Below are positions 1-12,900 of a DNA stretch of 64,000 bases, in pieces. The DNA is taken from assembly GCF_964355755.1 (NCBI RefSeq), contig NC_092679.1:3874201-3938200 (forward strand). The letters are read 5' to 3'. The notes below the pieces were generated by a model, which worked only from the letters and a program-made list of their open reading frames with translations, searched no databases and was not told the DNA's origin. Within the stretch, counting starts at the first letter, position 1. The number at the start of each line of letters is the position of its first letter. Made by a program: the position numbers and the translations under genes. This stretch comes from Antedon mediterranea (lineage: Eukaryota > Animalia > Echinodermata).

Positions 1-38
1 GAATAATGTGCAATAAAAACATCAATAGAATTACTCAC

Positions 39-192
39 ACATGTTGACAATGATACCTTAACATGTTGACAATGATACCTTAACATGTTGACAATGATAC
101 CTTAACATGTTGACAATGATACCTTAACATGTTGACAATGATACCTTAACATGTTGACAATGATACCTTAACATGTTGACAATGATACCTTA
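39..192. repeat. Tandem minisatellite, 22-bp unit ACATGTTGACAATGATACCTTA x7
   Basis: Seven consecutive identical 22-bp units read directly from the sequence, with no spacers. Confidence 0.95.
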
Positions 193-1725
193 ATCATAAA
201 GACAAAATGTATTGTACTGAATATTTTGTTTGGTAAATAGTTTTATATTGTTAATTTTTGTTTAATATTGACGATGTAAATTAACTTCAAAAGACTGTAC
301 CGTATGTAACATCATAGAGATATGGTAACATTAAAGTCAGCAGGGGCCAGACTGCAATTTTTCTGGGTTCCTTTTGTATTTTGCTGTCATACTTGAATAA
401 AGTTAAACCAGGAAGTTGTTGCCAAATATAGACCTCTACTTCTTTTGTTTATTAATGTTATTGTTATATATCTGTTTATAAAATTGTAATTTACTGGATA
501 CGATTTTTTTCTTTCAATTTGTTTCTCTGGTGCAGGTGGTAGGAGAAGTGTAACAACTGTGTATTGTGTAAGAAACCTTCTTTCATACATGTTCCAATCC
601 GATGCTTTCAAATCAAATGTTAATGTTTTGTTTTCACTTGCCTACAGTACTGCATATCGATTGGCGCATAGCCACACGTCAAAACGAAACATACGTTCGA
701 TTTTATTTGTCGGCGGAAAACAGGTATGAAAGAAGACCCTTTAGGTTTTTTTAATTTTTGATTCAAAAATGCTCAGTGTCTACAAACAGAGAGATTGAAA
801 ATTTAACAAATGAGATGTGTTTCATATACAGAAGGTCAGACCCACATACAATATGTATATTCCTTCGCTATGTAGTATAAATTTCTCAATTTAACTATCA
901 TGTAGGCTGTACTGTACTCACACAGTGAAAAATAATTACCAATAATCAGGACTTTATCTGATTTAATGTTTGTAAAATGATATTCACCATTTATTTGTGT
1001 GTCTTGTTTCATATTCTTATCATAGTTAAACGTGTATTTCCTGCCAAACCTACTGGATTTCTAATTAATAATATTCAATCAATATTTATTACCTCAAAGT
1101 CTATAAAGTGTTTATTAAAGGCCAACATTTATTTGTTCAACAATGGCATTATATCATCATTTGGGGTCTTCTCTAGAAGAAATCAAGTTTCTTGTCTTGA
1201 GAAAGACCCCAGAAACAATACACATACATTTAAACTAATACAATTTACTACTTAAAATAATAAATAAAAACCAAAACGATGAAATAAAAATAGATACTTT
1301 CAGTGTACTACAATCTTAATAATATTAAAATTAGTATAAAGAAATAAGATATTTTTAAAAATCTTTACGAAAAGTATAAAGAGATTTAAAATGCTTTAGT
1401 TTGTCATCAAGATCATTCCAGAAATTTTCAGTCTAAAAGGAGGTACATCAAGATGCTGAAATTTATTGTCGATACGTAAATTGTACTTGTGTGATTTTGT
1501 ATGATGAATTAATAGATTAGACATTTGTCACAGGAAGTTTGGTATTAAAGAATTGAAAAATAAATTAAGCAATTTGTGTTGTAGACTAAGAATATTGAGT
1601 TGTATAAGTAAAGGTTGGGAACGGGCGAGATAGTGAGAAAGTAATAATAAGGCCAGAACTATACAAACATTTGTTTATTACTAGTACTAATGCTTTAATA
1701 TTCCAAATTTTTAATTTATTAATAA

Positions 1726-1999
1726 AGCTCTGTCTACACTATCAAACTAGTTTGGAAAAAAAAGTGTGATGTGCCCAAATATGGTACAGTAAAAATTGCA
1801 AAAACAGCACTGTGGTAATTCATGTTACAATAGATTATCTGATAAAAATCCTAGAAAGTAGGAAACCTTTTGCCATTTTTCCCCTGACTGGGTAGTGATG
1901 ACCAGGGACTCCCTGATAATATGACATCATCAAGTCTATATACTGTATGGGCACATAACATTTTTTTGTCACATAAAGTTTAATAGTGTAAACAGAGCT
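1726..1999. mobile_element. MITE family A (PIF/Harbinger-like), copy with an internal insertion
   Basis: TIR AGCTCTGTCTACACTATCAAAC...GTTTAATAGTGTAAACAGAGCT flanked by TAA/TAA. The internal GATGTGCCCAAATATGGTA motif is shared with more than 10 other copies in the window. Confidence 0.8.
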
Positions 2000-2693
2000 T
2001 AAGATTGCAATAAAGTCTTTTTGTGTAGTTCTATTTTTAATGTATATGTTTGTGGTTGATGGTATTATTGATTGGACAGTATTTATGAGAATTTACACCC
2101 TGAACTTTTACTAGTATGTCTATTTTTTTACCCTGTTGTATGTCTACATAGTAAACACATTGATAAACACACAGCCTGTGTTGGCATACACGCTTCTTTT
2201 AATAACCATATTATTCTATTTAAACAGAATAATATTCACTGTAGGTGATCCAATTGTACTCATACACGTATTACATTCTCATTGTGTTTTCCTTTCAGCT
2301 TTTGTTATACTTTTCATTATTAAATTATTTAGTAGCGTCGTTCAATATTCATTGTGGAGATTAAATTTTGAACATTAAGATGTGGCTGCACAGTTTAGTA
2401 GGTAGCCAGTCATGTGTGCTCAGTGAAGCGTGACATTAACAACACGATTCTCATTATTACTACCTTATCGATTCAAATAAAGCCAATAACTGCCTTTCTT
2501 CGGTAGATGATGCATAGTTAATGAAGAAGGTTTTTTGTTAATCTACTTTTCTTTAATAATGTATAAATAAATTAAGAAAACATATAAACAAACTAAATAA
2601 TACAAAGCATTGCCTAGAAATGCAGCTTACAAACAGCACGATATTTATATTCAACAGCAAATTGTTATGTTAAACTCATTTACTTATATAATG

Positions 2694-2895
2694 CAGGCCT
2701 GGTCTTTTAAGGCGAGCGAGTGCAATCACTCACCTAACACACTCCTAAACTGCCCTTTAGGAGTGCGATTTACAACACGCCTAAATTTGGTAAACTTCTA
2801 CACACCAAAATACAAACAGCACACCTACAGCACCCCTGAATGTATTGAGGATTGCAATTTGTAGCACACCTATCATTTTTAAAAGACAAGGTCTG
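2694..2895 (+). mobile_element. Non-autonomous DNA transposon family D (CAG termini, 6-bp TSD)
   Basis: Termini CAGGCCTGGTCTTTT...AAAAGACAAGGTCTG, flanked by ATAATG on both sides. Near-identical copies at 16250-16448 (inverted) and 48011-48226. Confidence 0.85.
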
Positions 2896-3899
2896 ATAAT
2901 GTATAACAAATTTTAAAACATTTTTGTTTTCCCATAACAAATATTCATAATAGGCTAACCAAAATTTAAATTTAGATTTGTGGACTGGGAAACAGTAAGT
3001 TGTTACACTCTTAAAGGGTTTTAAAACATTTAATCTTAAATAAAAAAGGGTCCTATCAATCATGATAGGAAACACCATACAGCATTACAAAACCATCCCA
3101 AAAAAATATATTAAAAAAAATAAAAAAAATAGATTTTAAAAAATAAAAAAAATATATTTAAAAAAATCAAAAAAATCTTATATTATAGTTATTTTGAATT
3201 TTATGGAACTTTAAATTTTATTGCAATTTTTATATCTTTTTATAGTAGTTTTTATAATTGAATTTTTATGAAACATTTTTCTGTATGTATTGTTGAGAGC
3301 CTCAATGACCAGCTTTGCTGGACGTGGGCTACCCTCATGAAACATGGTTCAATCAGAGAGGAGTTGTAATTACAACTCCCTGGTTCAATGGATAAATAAA
3401 TGTGCTTTGTAAAACTCACAACAGGTGAATACAACTAAGGTGTTAACAATGCGTTACCTTTACTTTTGTTAAACATTTTATAGAGAGAGATTAAATGTTA
3501 GGAATTCTTCCACATGATCTGATCTTTTATTAATTGTTATTGATTTTATTCTGACCACAGAGAGGAAGAAGCGAAAAACCCTGTGTAGAATTAACATTAC
3601 AACAAAATGGGACTGTTGTTATTAAATGTTTTGTTATGTAGTATTATTCCAACTCAGTAATAAACAGGAAGGAATAGAATACTACTGTATACCATAAACA
3701 AACCAAAAATAAGGAAAAGGGAATGTTATTCTGAATCCAAAACAACATTTATACAGTAGTTACTCCAATAACTGCAGTAGAGTAATTTTATCTTGGGACC
3801 ATTCTATAGTCACCACCAGGTAGGCTTACTTCATCGAGGCTTTTATTTGGATTACTCTGTTGTTCCTTTGTACATTTTTGATTTAATTAAGTTTAACTA

Positions 3900-4175
3900 A
3901 GACCAGCTTTCATTTAATTACGGGTGCCGACTTCCCTCCTCTTATGATCCCACCCGACTTTCCGTTCCACGATCTAATCGGAAAGCTGATGACAATGCTT
4001 TTTCTGTCACCACTCCGCGGATCTGGAACGCGCTACCTGTCGATTTGAGAGGAGCGATTTCGGCACCTTTATTTAAACGTCAACTTAAAATTTTTCTTTT
4101 TAATTAATTACCAAGTATTGTTAGGCGCTGTGTTTTTTGTAGGGCGCCATATAAAAACTTGTATAGAATAGACTG
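3900..4175 (+). mobile_element. 3' fragment of an L2/CR1-group LINE retrotransposon
   Basis: 3958-4107 translates to LSVPRSNRKADDNAFSVTTPRIWNALPVDLRGAISAPLFKRQLKIFLFN*, the typical L2 ORF2 C-terminus pattern (AFS..P..WN.LP..LR.....FK..LK..LF). It is followed by a GGCGC...GCGCC 3' stem-loop and an A-rich tail. Confidence 0.8.
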
Positions 4176-5920
4176 ACTAGCTGGGAGCAGGAATGCTAGT
4201 AGACAAAACCCAGTATCGTTTTGATTACGATAAGTCGGGAAATTACCTCACGATGATTAAATGGAAATGTTGTTATTAAATGTTTATTAATAATTATGTA
4301 GTATTATTATTAGTAACTTAATAATATAAACAGGAATACTATACCATAAACAAACAAAATATAAGGAAAAGGGAGTATTATTAAATGGTTGGAACCATGC
4401 CAACTGAAACAACAAAATGTACTTACTGCAATAACTGCAGTAGAAAAATTTTGACATTGATGAGATGAATTAAAACTGCAAATATTTGCTTTTGCCATAA
4501 AGAAAATTGACTGCTTTCGTCAATACAATGTATATATTGCAGTGTTTAATTGTATTTAACTTTGCATAATTGGTTCATAGTTAATGGGCCACTGCTAAAG
4601 AAATATCATTTTAGATCTGACGTGGCGTTCATTCCACAGCAATAGAACTGATCATTGATCGAGAACAGAAAGGGATCAATACTAATCAATAATCTTAACA
4701 ATAGGAGCATTATCAAGCAACTAACTGATGCCATTATTCTCAAACACTATCATGCTTTTAACGCAAACGATGAATTTATAATTTGTTTTCATTCTCATAT
4801 ATATACTGTGTAAGAGAACAGGTTAAAATGATTCTACTTATACTACACTTACTGCAGTAACTACATTGGTTACTGCAACATGATTTTAATGTAGTTTATA
4901 AGAACAACAAAAAAAACAGTGTGCATAATTACCAAAAAAGCTTGTTGAATAAACTGGTTATAAAGAGTAACCATTACGTAGTTACTGCAGTAACTGCAGT
5001 ATAATCGTTTCGACAGGGTTCCTTTAAATACAGATCATAATAATAAAAAAATACAATTCCAAGAAAAATTTCTGGGTTCTAAATAGTTTTAAAAAGTTAA
5101 AAATTATAATTGCAAAATAGTAAATACACAAAAACTAGTACAATAAAACTATTACTGTACACACAGTGGTTCTTAGGTATAATGTGAAAAAAAAATGTGC
5201 CGTATATAATAATAGACATGATGATGTCATATCACTTCCATATTTGGGCATATTACTATCATAATTAGGAAAATCACACTTTTTGTCACATAAAATCACA
5301 AACTTCAATACTAGCCTATCTCCACTCTGTACAGTACACAATATTTGTGTTTTTTGATTTTATATTACTAATGAATTGAATTAATATATAATATAATTTA
5401 AAGAAGATATGTTATGTGGAAAATGTATGATAGTAATCTAATGACCTTGCAATACTGTTACATTTTAATGTTTTTTTTATATGCCTTTCTGTATCATATG
5501 TTTAAATTTCATGTGTTGTTTTGCTGTGAATTTGTCTACTTTTGATCCGTCATTTTAATGTTTCAATCTTTTAATGTTTCAAATACAATATTTTCAGACT
5601 TTTGTATGCTTTTTGTAAATTTGTTATACCTGAATAAAAAATGTTTAAAAAACAATGGTAAGGGATCATCAGGTCAAAATTATTGTACTGCAGTTAATGC
5701 AGTAACTACACTTTTCTAACTTCTTAACCTGTTTATTCAATTATTTAGCAAGCTCTGTTGTAAATCATAAACATTATAGATTGCATTGAACTATCTTATA
5801 TAAACCTCTAAATTGAAACTAAAATCATATACATTATTGCAGTAAACAATGTTACTGCAGTAACTCTAGTAGAATTATTAATGAAATAAAATACAATGTT
5901 ATTTAGTAACTAATACTCAC

Positions 5921-7239
5921 CTAATCTCCTGTTAATGTCATCATCCTCTACTTGATTTGGAATCAAATTTCGTTCGATCATAATATTTGCATATTTCTAT
6001 TTTAAAGATAAAGCAACAGAAAGTTTTGACCAATATACTTAAATGCAGAAAGGAAATGTTCAATTCAATTTGATGAACAGTTATTTAGATACAGTACTAT
6101 TGATGACATATCATATTTAAAGAATACCTATGGAATCTGTGATGATAGTGTGAAGTTGTAAAGTGACAGACATTGACTAACCATTGTTCATTGATGTGAC
6201 GTACTATTTAGGTTTTTATAGCACACCCCTGCGTGAATAATCATTTGTAAATGACGCACCTCTTCCGGGGGTGGTATGTTGGGTCATGCAAATTTTACAA
6301 GTACATTACCTTCGCCCATGTCACTCACCTCTATCTCTGCATCATTTATGATAACTTGTAAGTCTCTCTCACTCCCCTCATCATCTATTGTTTCAGATTC
6401 TGAGTATACAACTTTCTTTATAGACTTGGAACAAAGGACTGGTATTTCATATTCGACATCTTCATCACGGCCTGTAAAAGGAAAGAAAAATTAAAATCAT
6501 GCGGACTGCCATTATAAACATCAATCAAAAACTACATTTTTAAGATAGCTGTTGAATCGAGTAGTAGTTATCTATTACTTTATTAGGCCTCCATATCCGT
6601 CCCATCTAGACATTGCCAAATACTATAACATAACATAGTTATACTAGGCCTAGACCCTGGCCTAGTAGTAGTAGTAGTAGAGTAGGTATTTCACTCAGTC
6701 AAGAAGGCACTAGCTAGGGCTTACTACTACTAGCCTACAACTTTAACTACATATCTCCAGTAGAGTACAGTAGTACTACTCTACCCTAGTTAACCCTACT
6801 AGCTAGGCCTAGCTAGGCTAAATATAATAAAAAACAACAAATACTTGCCACATTCTGGTACAATTTCACCTATTGATATCAGCCCATTATGATAATCAGG
6901 AGAAGATCCTGTTATATCACAATTATCACATCTTTTGTCGGAGTAGGCTACACCTAACAGGCCTAGGCCAAGACCTAAGCCTGGGGAGTTATCAATAAAC
7001 TGTTGGTAGGCGACACCATCTAAGGGTAGAAATGGTCTCTCTGCGGCGACGTTGACCGGTGTCGCTGCGTTTACTATCAGAGGTTCAATCGGAAAATGCA
7101 CAACTTTTTGCCCTGATTGCGAGCCACCACATCGTTCATCTGCGTTGACTTTCATATTACACTGTACATTTGGATCTGTATGATCAGAGTTGCAGCTAGA
7201 TAAAAGCGCAACAAACATAAATAAAACAAACGAAGCCAT
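5921..7239 (-). CDS. Uncharacterised, probably secreted protein (5' exons only; 3' end unresolved)
   Basis: Exon 7239-6849 encodes MASFVLFMFVALLSSCNS... (signal-peptide-like, Cys-rich) and ends at a G|GCAAGT donor. Exon 6471-6329 has a polypyrimidine TTTTACAG acceptor and a GAG|GTGAGT donor. Exon 5996-5921 has a TAG acceptor and a G|GTGAGT donor. Phases join into one open frame. An upstream in-frame ATG at 7260 is possible. No family recognised. Confidence 0.55.
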
Positions 7240-7553
7240 CTCAATCGATACACATTTCATATCTGCTTCTTCGCTATCATTCTTTCTTTTTTGCAATTAA
7301 ATTGCAAGTTAGCGCATGTTTACAAACACCAAACATAGACGGCGCTGTTTAGTTTTACGGTATTATCAAAGAATATAATATCACAAGAATGAGTATTCCG
7401 CGATTTTTGCATGAGAAATTTGTAACAGAGAGCTCCAGAGAGTGATGCCCGCCCTCATAAGGGCGGATGTATACATACTAAATAAGACTTGATTTAATAG
7501 ATATTATACATGTCACATTAAATAGAATTATGATAATATATTTTGCAATTTAA

Positions 7554-8074
7554 AGATGTATTGTCCCTTTGTCAAATTCCAAAAAAAAATAAAAATTAGA
7601 AGATTTCGAAAAAAAAGTGGGTCATTTTGAAGTATCATAATAGTTATTAACTTTCCCCAAAAATTAGTCGAAAAAAAATTTATTTAACTGAAATACAGAC
7701 GTTTTTTAGTTTAAACAAAAACTGTGACTCCCAGTCAAAGTTTTCGATCAAAACATATCTCATAATGCAACGCGCTTGTTTGGCTACTATGAATGCATAA
7801 TCATAAAACTTCCTCGCGATCTGTGTGAAAACACCTTCTCAACCGTGACGAGTTGTAAACAATCCTAAATTAGGATCATGCATAATGCATACTCTTGGTT
7901 TGAAATCTTTGTTTACTTTCGCTTGTGACGATTTTCCAGACAAAATGTAATAAAACTAATTTACCTGTTAATTTTTGACTTAAAGTGAATAACTTTAATA
8001 TTACTTGATATGGCCAATTTAAATTTAGATTAATTTGACTTTCATTTTTTTGTGTTTCAAGGGACAATACATCT
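7554..8074. mobile_element. Non-autonomous DNA transposon family C (TTAA TSD, Kolobok-like)
   Basis: TTAA|AGATGTATTGTCCC...GGGACAATACATCT|TTAA. An inverted homologous copy lies at 41524-42135, and related termini at ~9238 and 45082-45325. Confidence 0.85.
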
Positions 8075-9822
8075 TTAAACTATTTTATAATACATTTTAT
8101 TAACAAACTAGTGTACATTCACTTTTACAGACAATTATTTACTAATGCTAAGTTAGTTCACAAAAAAATCCTAACACAGCAACACCAAAAATCAACGAAT
8201 CGTTACTCAGCACGGCGGCCTATTCTTTACCATTGCCGTGTACTACTCTACGCCCGGTAAATTAAACATTGTTTTTATGATATAAATTAGTATAAAATAC
8301 ATGTTATTAATAGGACAAAATGTTAAATATCATTAACATTTATTTGTTTTACCAGAAACAAGTTAAATATAGGAATATATTAAACTATCGTTCGTGAAAA
8401 CGCGTAAACACCAACACGCCCGGTCACGCTATCGTAGCGCCCGGTTGATAAAGCAAACTATTTATACGGCAGTTTTTACTAAATAAATTGCATAAAACGA
8501 ACAATTAAATATCCAAATAGTATTTAACATGATGTTGGCATGTTGTTTATAACGTTTTTTATCATGAAAATACTACCGGTGGTCCAGCCTTTGATTAGTG
8601 AAACCGTCCGTCACAAAAAGTTGTATACATCCCAGATACATCCACACTTATGGCGGCGCCCTACCACATGGACAATATTACTGTTACAGGGAAAATCGCG
8701 GATTACTCATTCTTGTGATATATATTCTTTGGTATTATCAAAGAAAGATAATTGTTAATGTAATACTGAAATCTTTTTTTTTTTTCATTTTTATGCCACA
8801 TAAAATACTTTTCGACATAAAGAAGGAAAAGTTAAATACTCAAGTCCTCATGATAAGATATATTAAAGCATAGCAAATCATAGAAGGTAATTATGTAGCC
8901 CTTGCGATTAATTAGTAATAGGCCTTCACAAATTAATTGGTGTTAGATTAGAAAAGAAACGATAATATAAATCATGAATTGTGAATATACAGTATTACTA
9001 TAACATTAATATTTTCATCATTATAAAATACAATCGAAAAACACCCGGATTAATGTTTTTGCTGATACAAAGGATCGTAGGCCTACTATTAACCGATAAT
9101 CTTATACAGTTAAAAATTGATTTTCTAGTCTTTCTTTTTTGCATGGAAAATTTTGCAATTTTTATGTCACCAACACTTTATCTTTCGTTTGTTTTGCATT
9201 TTTTACAGTAAGCCTCTCTGATATCACCCTTACTTTAAAGATGTATTGTGCCCCAAAATCATGAAAAATAAAGATTTATAAAATCAGATTTTTAATATGC
9301 CAATTTGCACTGAGTTTTAATGAAGTTATTCGCTTCAATAGGAAAAAAACGAACAAAAATAATGATTTCACTTATAAAAGGACCAAATAAACGGTTATTA
9401 GCCAAAGCCTTTAAATTATATAATTTTGTTGGCGATCCAATTGTCAAAGTGAATAACTATTATGTAACATTAAAATGGTATATTAACATTTTTTCCCTAT
9501 AGGCCTATGTAGTATTACAAAAAAGAAACGTTGTTGGGCAAAGAAATGCTTATTTATATTCCCCTCCCTCTCTAGATATTCCTTCCCACGTTTTACTGTA
9601 TGGGTTGAGCTTTTTAAGTTGACCATAATTGTATTTACACAATAATAAATGTTTGTTTAAATGGGCCTATTTTTATCCATACTGTATTATTACGATAAAT
9701 TAAAACACGGGATCGGGAAAGAGTGAAACGGTACTCTTCTTCGATCCCTCTCGGTTTATCTTTCATTCAGGAATGTCGCCCTCTTTATTACAATTACTTT
9801 GGGAAGGGAAAAAGAGAAGCGA

Positions 9823-9832
9823 CGCCATCTTG
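9823..9832 (+). promoter_or_regulatory. YY1-type motif (CGCCATCTTG) near the presumed hnRNP L transcription start
   Basis: Exact GCCATCTTG match ~90 bp upstream of the hnRNP L ATG; the motif is common at housekeeping-gene TSSs. Motif match only. Confidence 0.4.
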
Positions 9833-9913
9833 ATCAACTACAGCTTTTTTCAACAACTTCTCTCTAGCCTAGGCCTATCTCTCTCAGTTTTTAACCTAAA
9901 TATTTCCGTCAAG

Positions 9914-12900
9914 ATGATGTCAGGTTATGATGGACATGCTGCTAAACGACAGAGGACTGATACAGGAGGTCGAGGAGTGCAGTCTGGTGTAAGTATACTA
10001 TGCAATTTAAGGGCAATCTTATATTAGGCCAGCCAGCCAGGCTTGCTTTTTTGTCGAAAAGGTATCATGGTGATGAATGGTTGTAAATGTAAATGTGCGT
10101 TAGTGAAATCCCGGTGAGTCGTTCTGAATCTACACCCGGTATCGCCCGGTAGGGTTTTATGATTTAAAATGTAGTGCATTTTATACAAGTACATGTTAAC
10201 ATTATATTGAGTGTTATTGTGATATTTAATTGTACGTTTTATTTATATATTTTTAATGTAAAAAAACTGTCAAAATTGGTTTATTCCAGAACTGAAGACC
10301 GCCCTCTCTTCTCTGATAAGTGAGTGATGTTTTGTGGAGCGCGTCGAAGCGATTGAGGCGTTTGATATTAAAGCCCCCTTCCCTACGTTTTTTAGATCTA
10401 ATTTAAGATCACAAACTATATTTAATGTAAAAATAATACTATATGGTCCTATTGCGATAACTTTTTTCGTCTTTAAACGGTTAAAAATGTGAAAAATAAG
10501 TCGATTCTAATAATTATAGCGGCCCGCTATAAATAGGGATACCGAGAGCTGACTCCATTTTCATTACCACGATTAAACAGCGCGCACGTTACTATGCGCG
10601 CAATGTCATTGACGCGGTATTTTTTTACTTTGGTAAACACTTTTTATTAGGTAATTATTCTGAAAATAAATTAATTATGAAAATATCCTTTTGAGTAAAT
10701 ATTCATTTACCTATTATTCTATAAGATCAAGTATTTTTTATTTCCATTTCATTCAACCAAAAATGTTAATATAGTGGTTAAAAGATCGTTATCGCCTAGC
10801 GCGTATAGCTTTTGTTTACTACGAAACCCTCGGACGGCTCAATGACCTACCATTTTCAACCTTATTTTTGTAGTTGAGCCTCTTATGACCTCAAAATGTA
10901 TTTTATTCCTACACCAAGATAATATAGTTCCACATACCATGTGCTTGTTACTAAGAAAAATATTAATTTTAAGTGCTAAAAAAACAGTTTTATCCCGATA
11001 TGAGGTCTATATAATTCGAATATTTCGTAGTAACAGCCCATATACCATGAAAAATAGCTGTTTTGTCCATTTTAAAAATAATTTCTTTAAAATTCCGAGA
11101 GGCTCAACTACAAAAACGCCATTTTATGGTATGATGTCATCGCAAGCCAATCAAACCTTCGCATTCGACCGCTCCGCATGTCTCACGGTTGACCGATTTT
11201 GGATTCTCGCCCTTTGATTGGTTGACGCGAATCAACACACAGCGGAATAATTTTCTCGCAAGTGCCGTGAAGTCACATGGTGTCAGGCCTGTCCAATTAC
11301 ACGGGAAAATAATGCATTGAAATTCTTCGAATGAGGTTAAATAAACACTCTTTTTTATATAATAAATAAGTACTATCATATTTGATTGAATTTTACAATG
11401 TTGATATACAAAATATATTACTTAAAACCGTGATTTTATATAATTATTTTGACGAAAAATGACTAGTTCATACAATTGTCGACTGGGGGCGCAATTTGTT
11501 TACATCGTTCGTGGCTAAAAACGATAATTTTCGGCGATGTTTTAAACCCTATATTTCGAAAACTACAAGTCATATTTTCATAATTCTTTCTTTATTATAA
11601 TATTGATACAAAATACTAACAGGCAATGTATAATTTGTTTGCAAAATATTAACTTTTAATTTTACATCGTTATCCCTACTATAAATCCCAAAATTGATTG
11701 ATTGATATTTTTGTTTTTCACCGGTAATTCGCCCACTTTTCGATCGATCGTGAGGCCAAAACAAATGGAAGACTCCTAACTTTTCAGCGAAAATACCGGG
11801 TTTTCCCCAATTTGTATCAACGGAGTCTGGCAAAAATAGAAAGACAATTAATGCAGCAACTATACAACGTCAGGCTAGGTATATAGCTAGCGTATGATGT
11901 TCGTACGTTACCGATGTTTACCAGCTAGGCCTACAAAACTAAGCCTAGCTAGGCTAGGCCTAAGACCGTCCACGAGAGGTCGATCGCCGCGAGCTACTTA
12001 GGTAGTGCATTGTTTCTCACTTTTTATCATAATTTACCATAAAACGTACATTTAAGACAAGGAATGACATGGTTTAATGTTTTTAAAGTGATATATATGT
12101 ATTATTTTCCAAAAAACGTCCAAAATTGCAGGGAAGGGGTCTTTAAAATAATAATTTATTTTAAGCTAAGCATAACTAAAAAACACATCTAATTTTGTAT
12201 TAAAAATAATTGCAAATATGACGTGTTTGTTTTGTATATTTCGTAATATTTAATTAGCCTAATAATAATAATAATCCTACATGTGCATATTATTACAATT
12301 ATTATACTGAATTTTTTTTTTTCTTTTTTGTGTCGTTGTTTTCAAACAAAAAAATTGCGTTTAGTTTATATCTTTTGTTTGTAAGTTGAATCAGGCTGAC
12401 TGCTCGTATCCTAAAAAAAGACAAAAAGATACATAATAATTAATATAGGCACATTGAAATATTATTATTGTTGTACTAATTATAGGACGACTGTCTAAAA
12501 CCAAAAAAATAAGTTAAAATACACTATATCACTTTATATCACACTTTTCTCTAATTTTCAATATTTTAAATCTACCCAGGCATTAATGACACAATGTATT
12601 GTTTATTCATTTGTAGGATCCATTTGAAGAGTCACATGGCAAGCCAGGACCGTCTAAAGTCATTCATGTCCGTGGACTTGCTGACAATGTAACAAAAGGT
12701 GATCTTGTGGAAGCCCTTCAACATTTTGGACAAATCAGGTAATTTAAGATAAATATACAGCAGTACTTAATCAATTACAAGTAACTCCCATTCTATTAAA
12801 CAAAAGAAAAGTAGCCCTTACATTTCCATTATCGCTTTCTTCATTTTTGATAACAAACCTAAAGCTCTGTTTACACTATCAAACTTTATGTGACAAAAAA

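Noticed and set aside
39-192. CRISPR-like array
   Set aside because: The units are contiguous and identical with no spacers, the context is eukaryotic, and there are no cas genes. It is a simple minisatellite.
387-641. Definite coding exon of the minus-strand gene
   Set aside because: An open frame and a GTATGA donor exist, but the acceptor is weak and I could not link it in phase to the upstream exons.
2610-2864. ORFs 2610-2864 and 16281-16478 sharing NLVNFYTPKYK as a gene family
   Set aside because: The similarity comes from the non-coding family D transposon copies.
5135-5341. Recurrent MPKYGSDMTS peptide (also at 14491 and 36525)
   Set aside because: It is a translation of MITE family A internal sequence.
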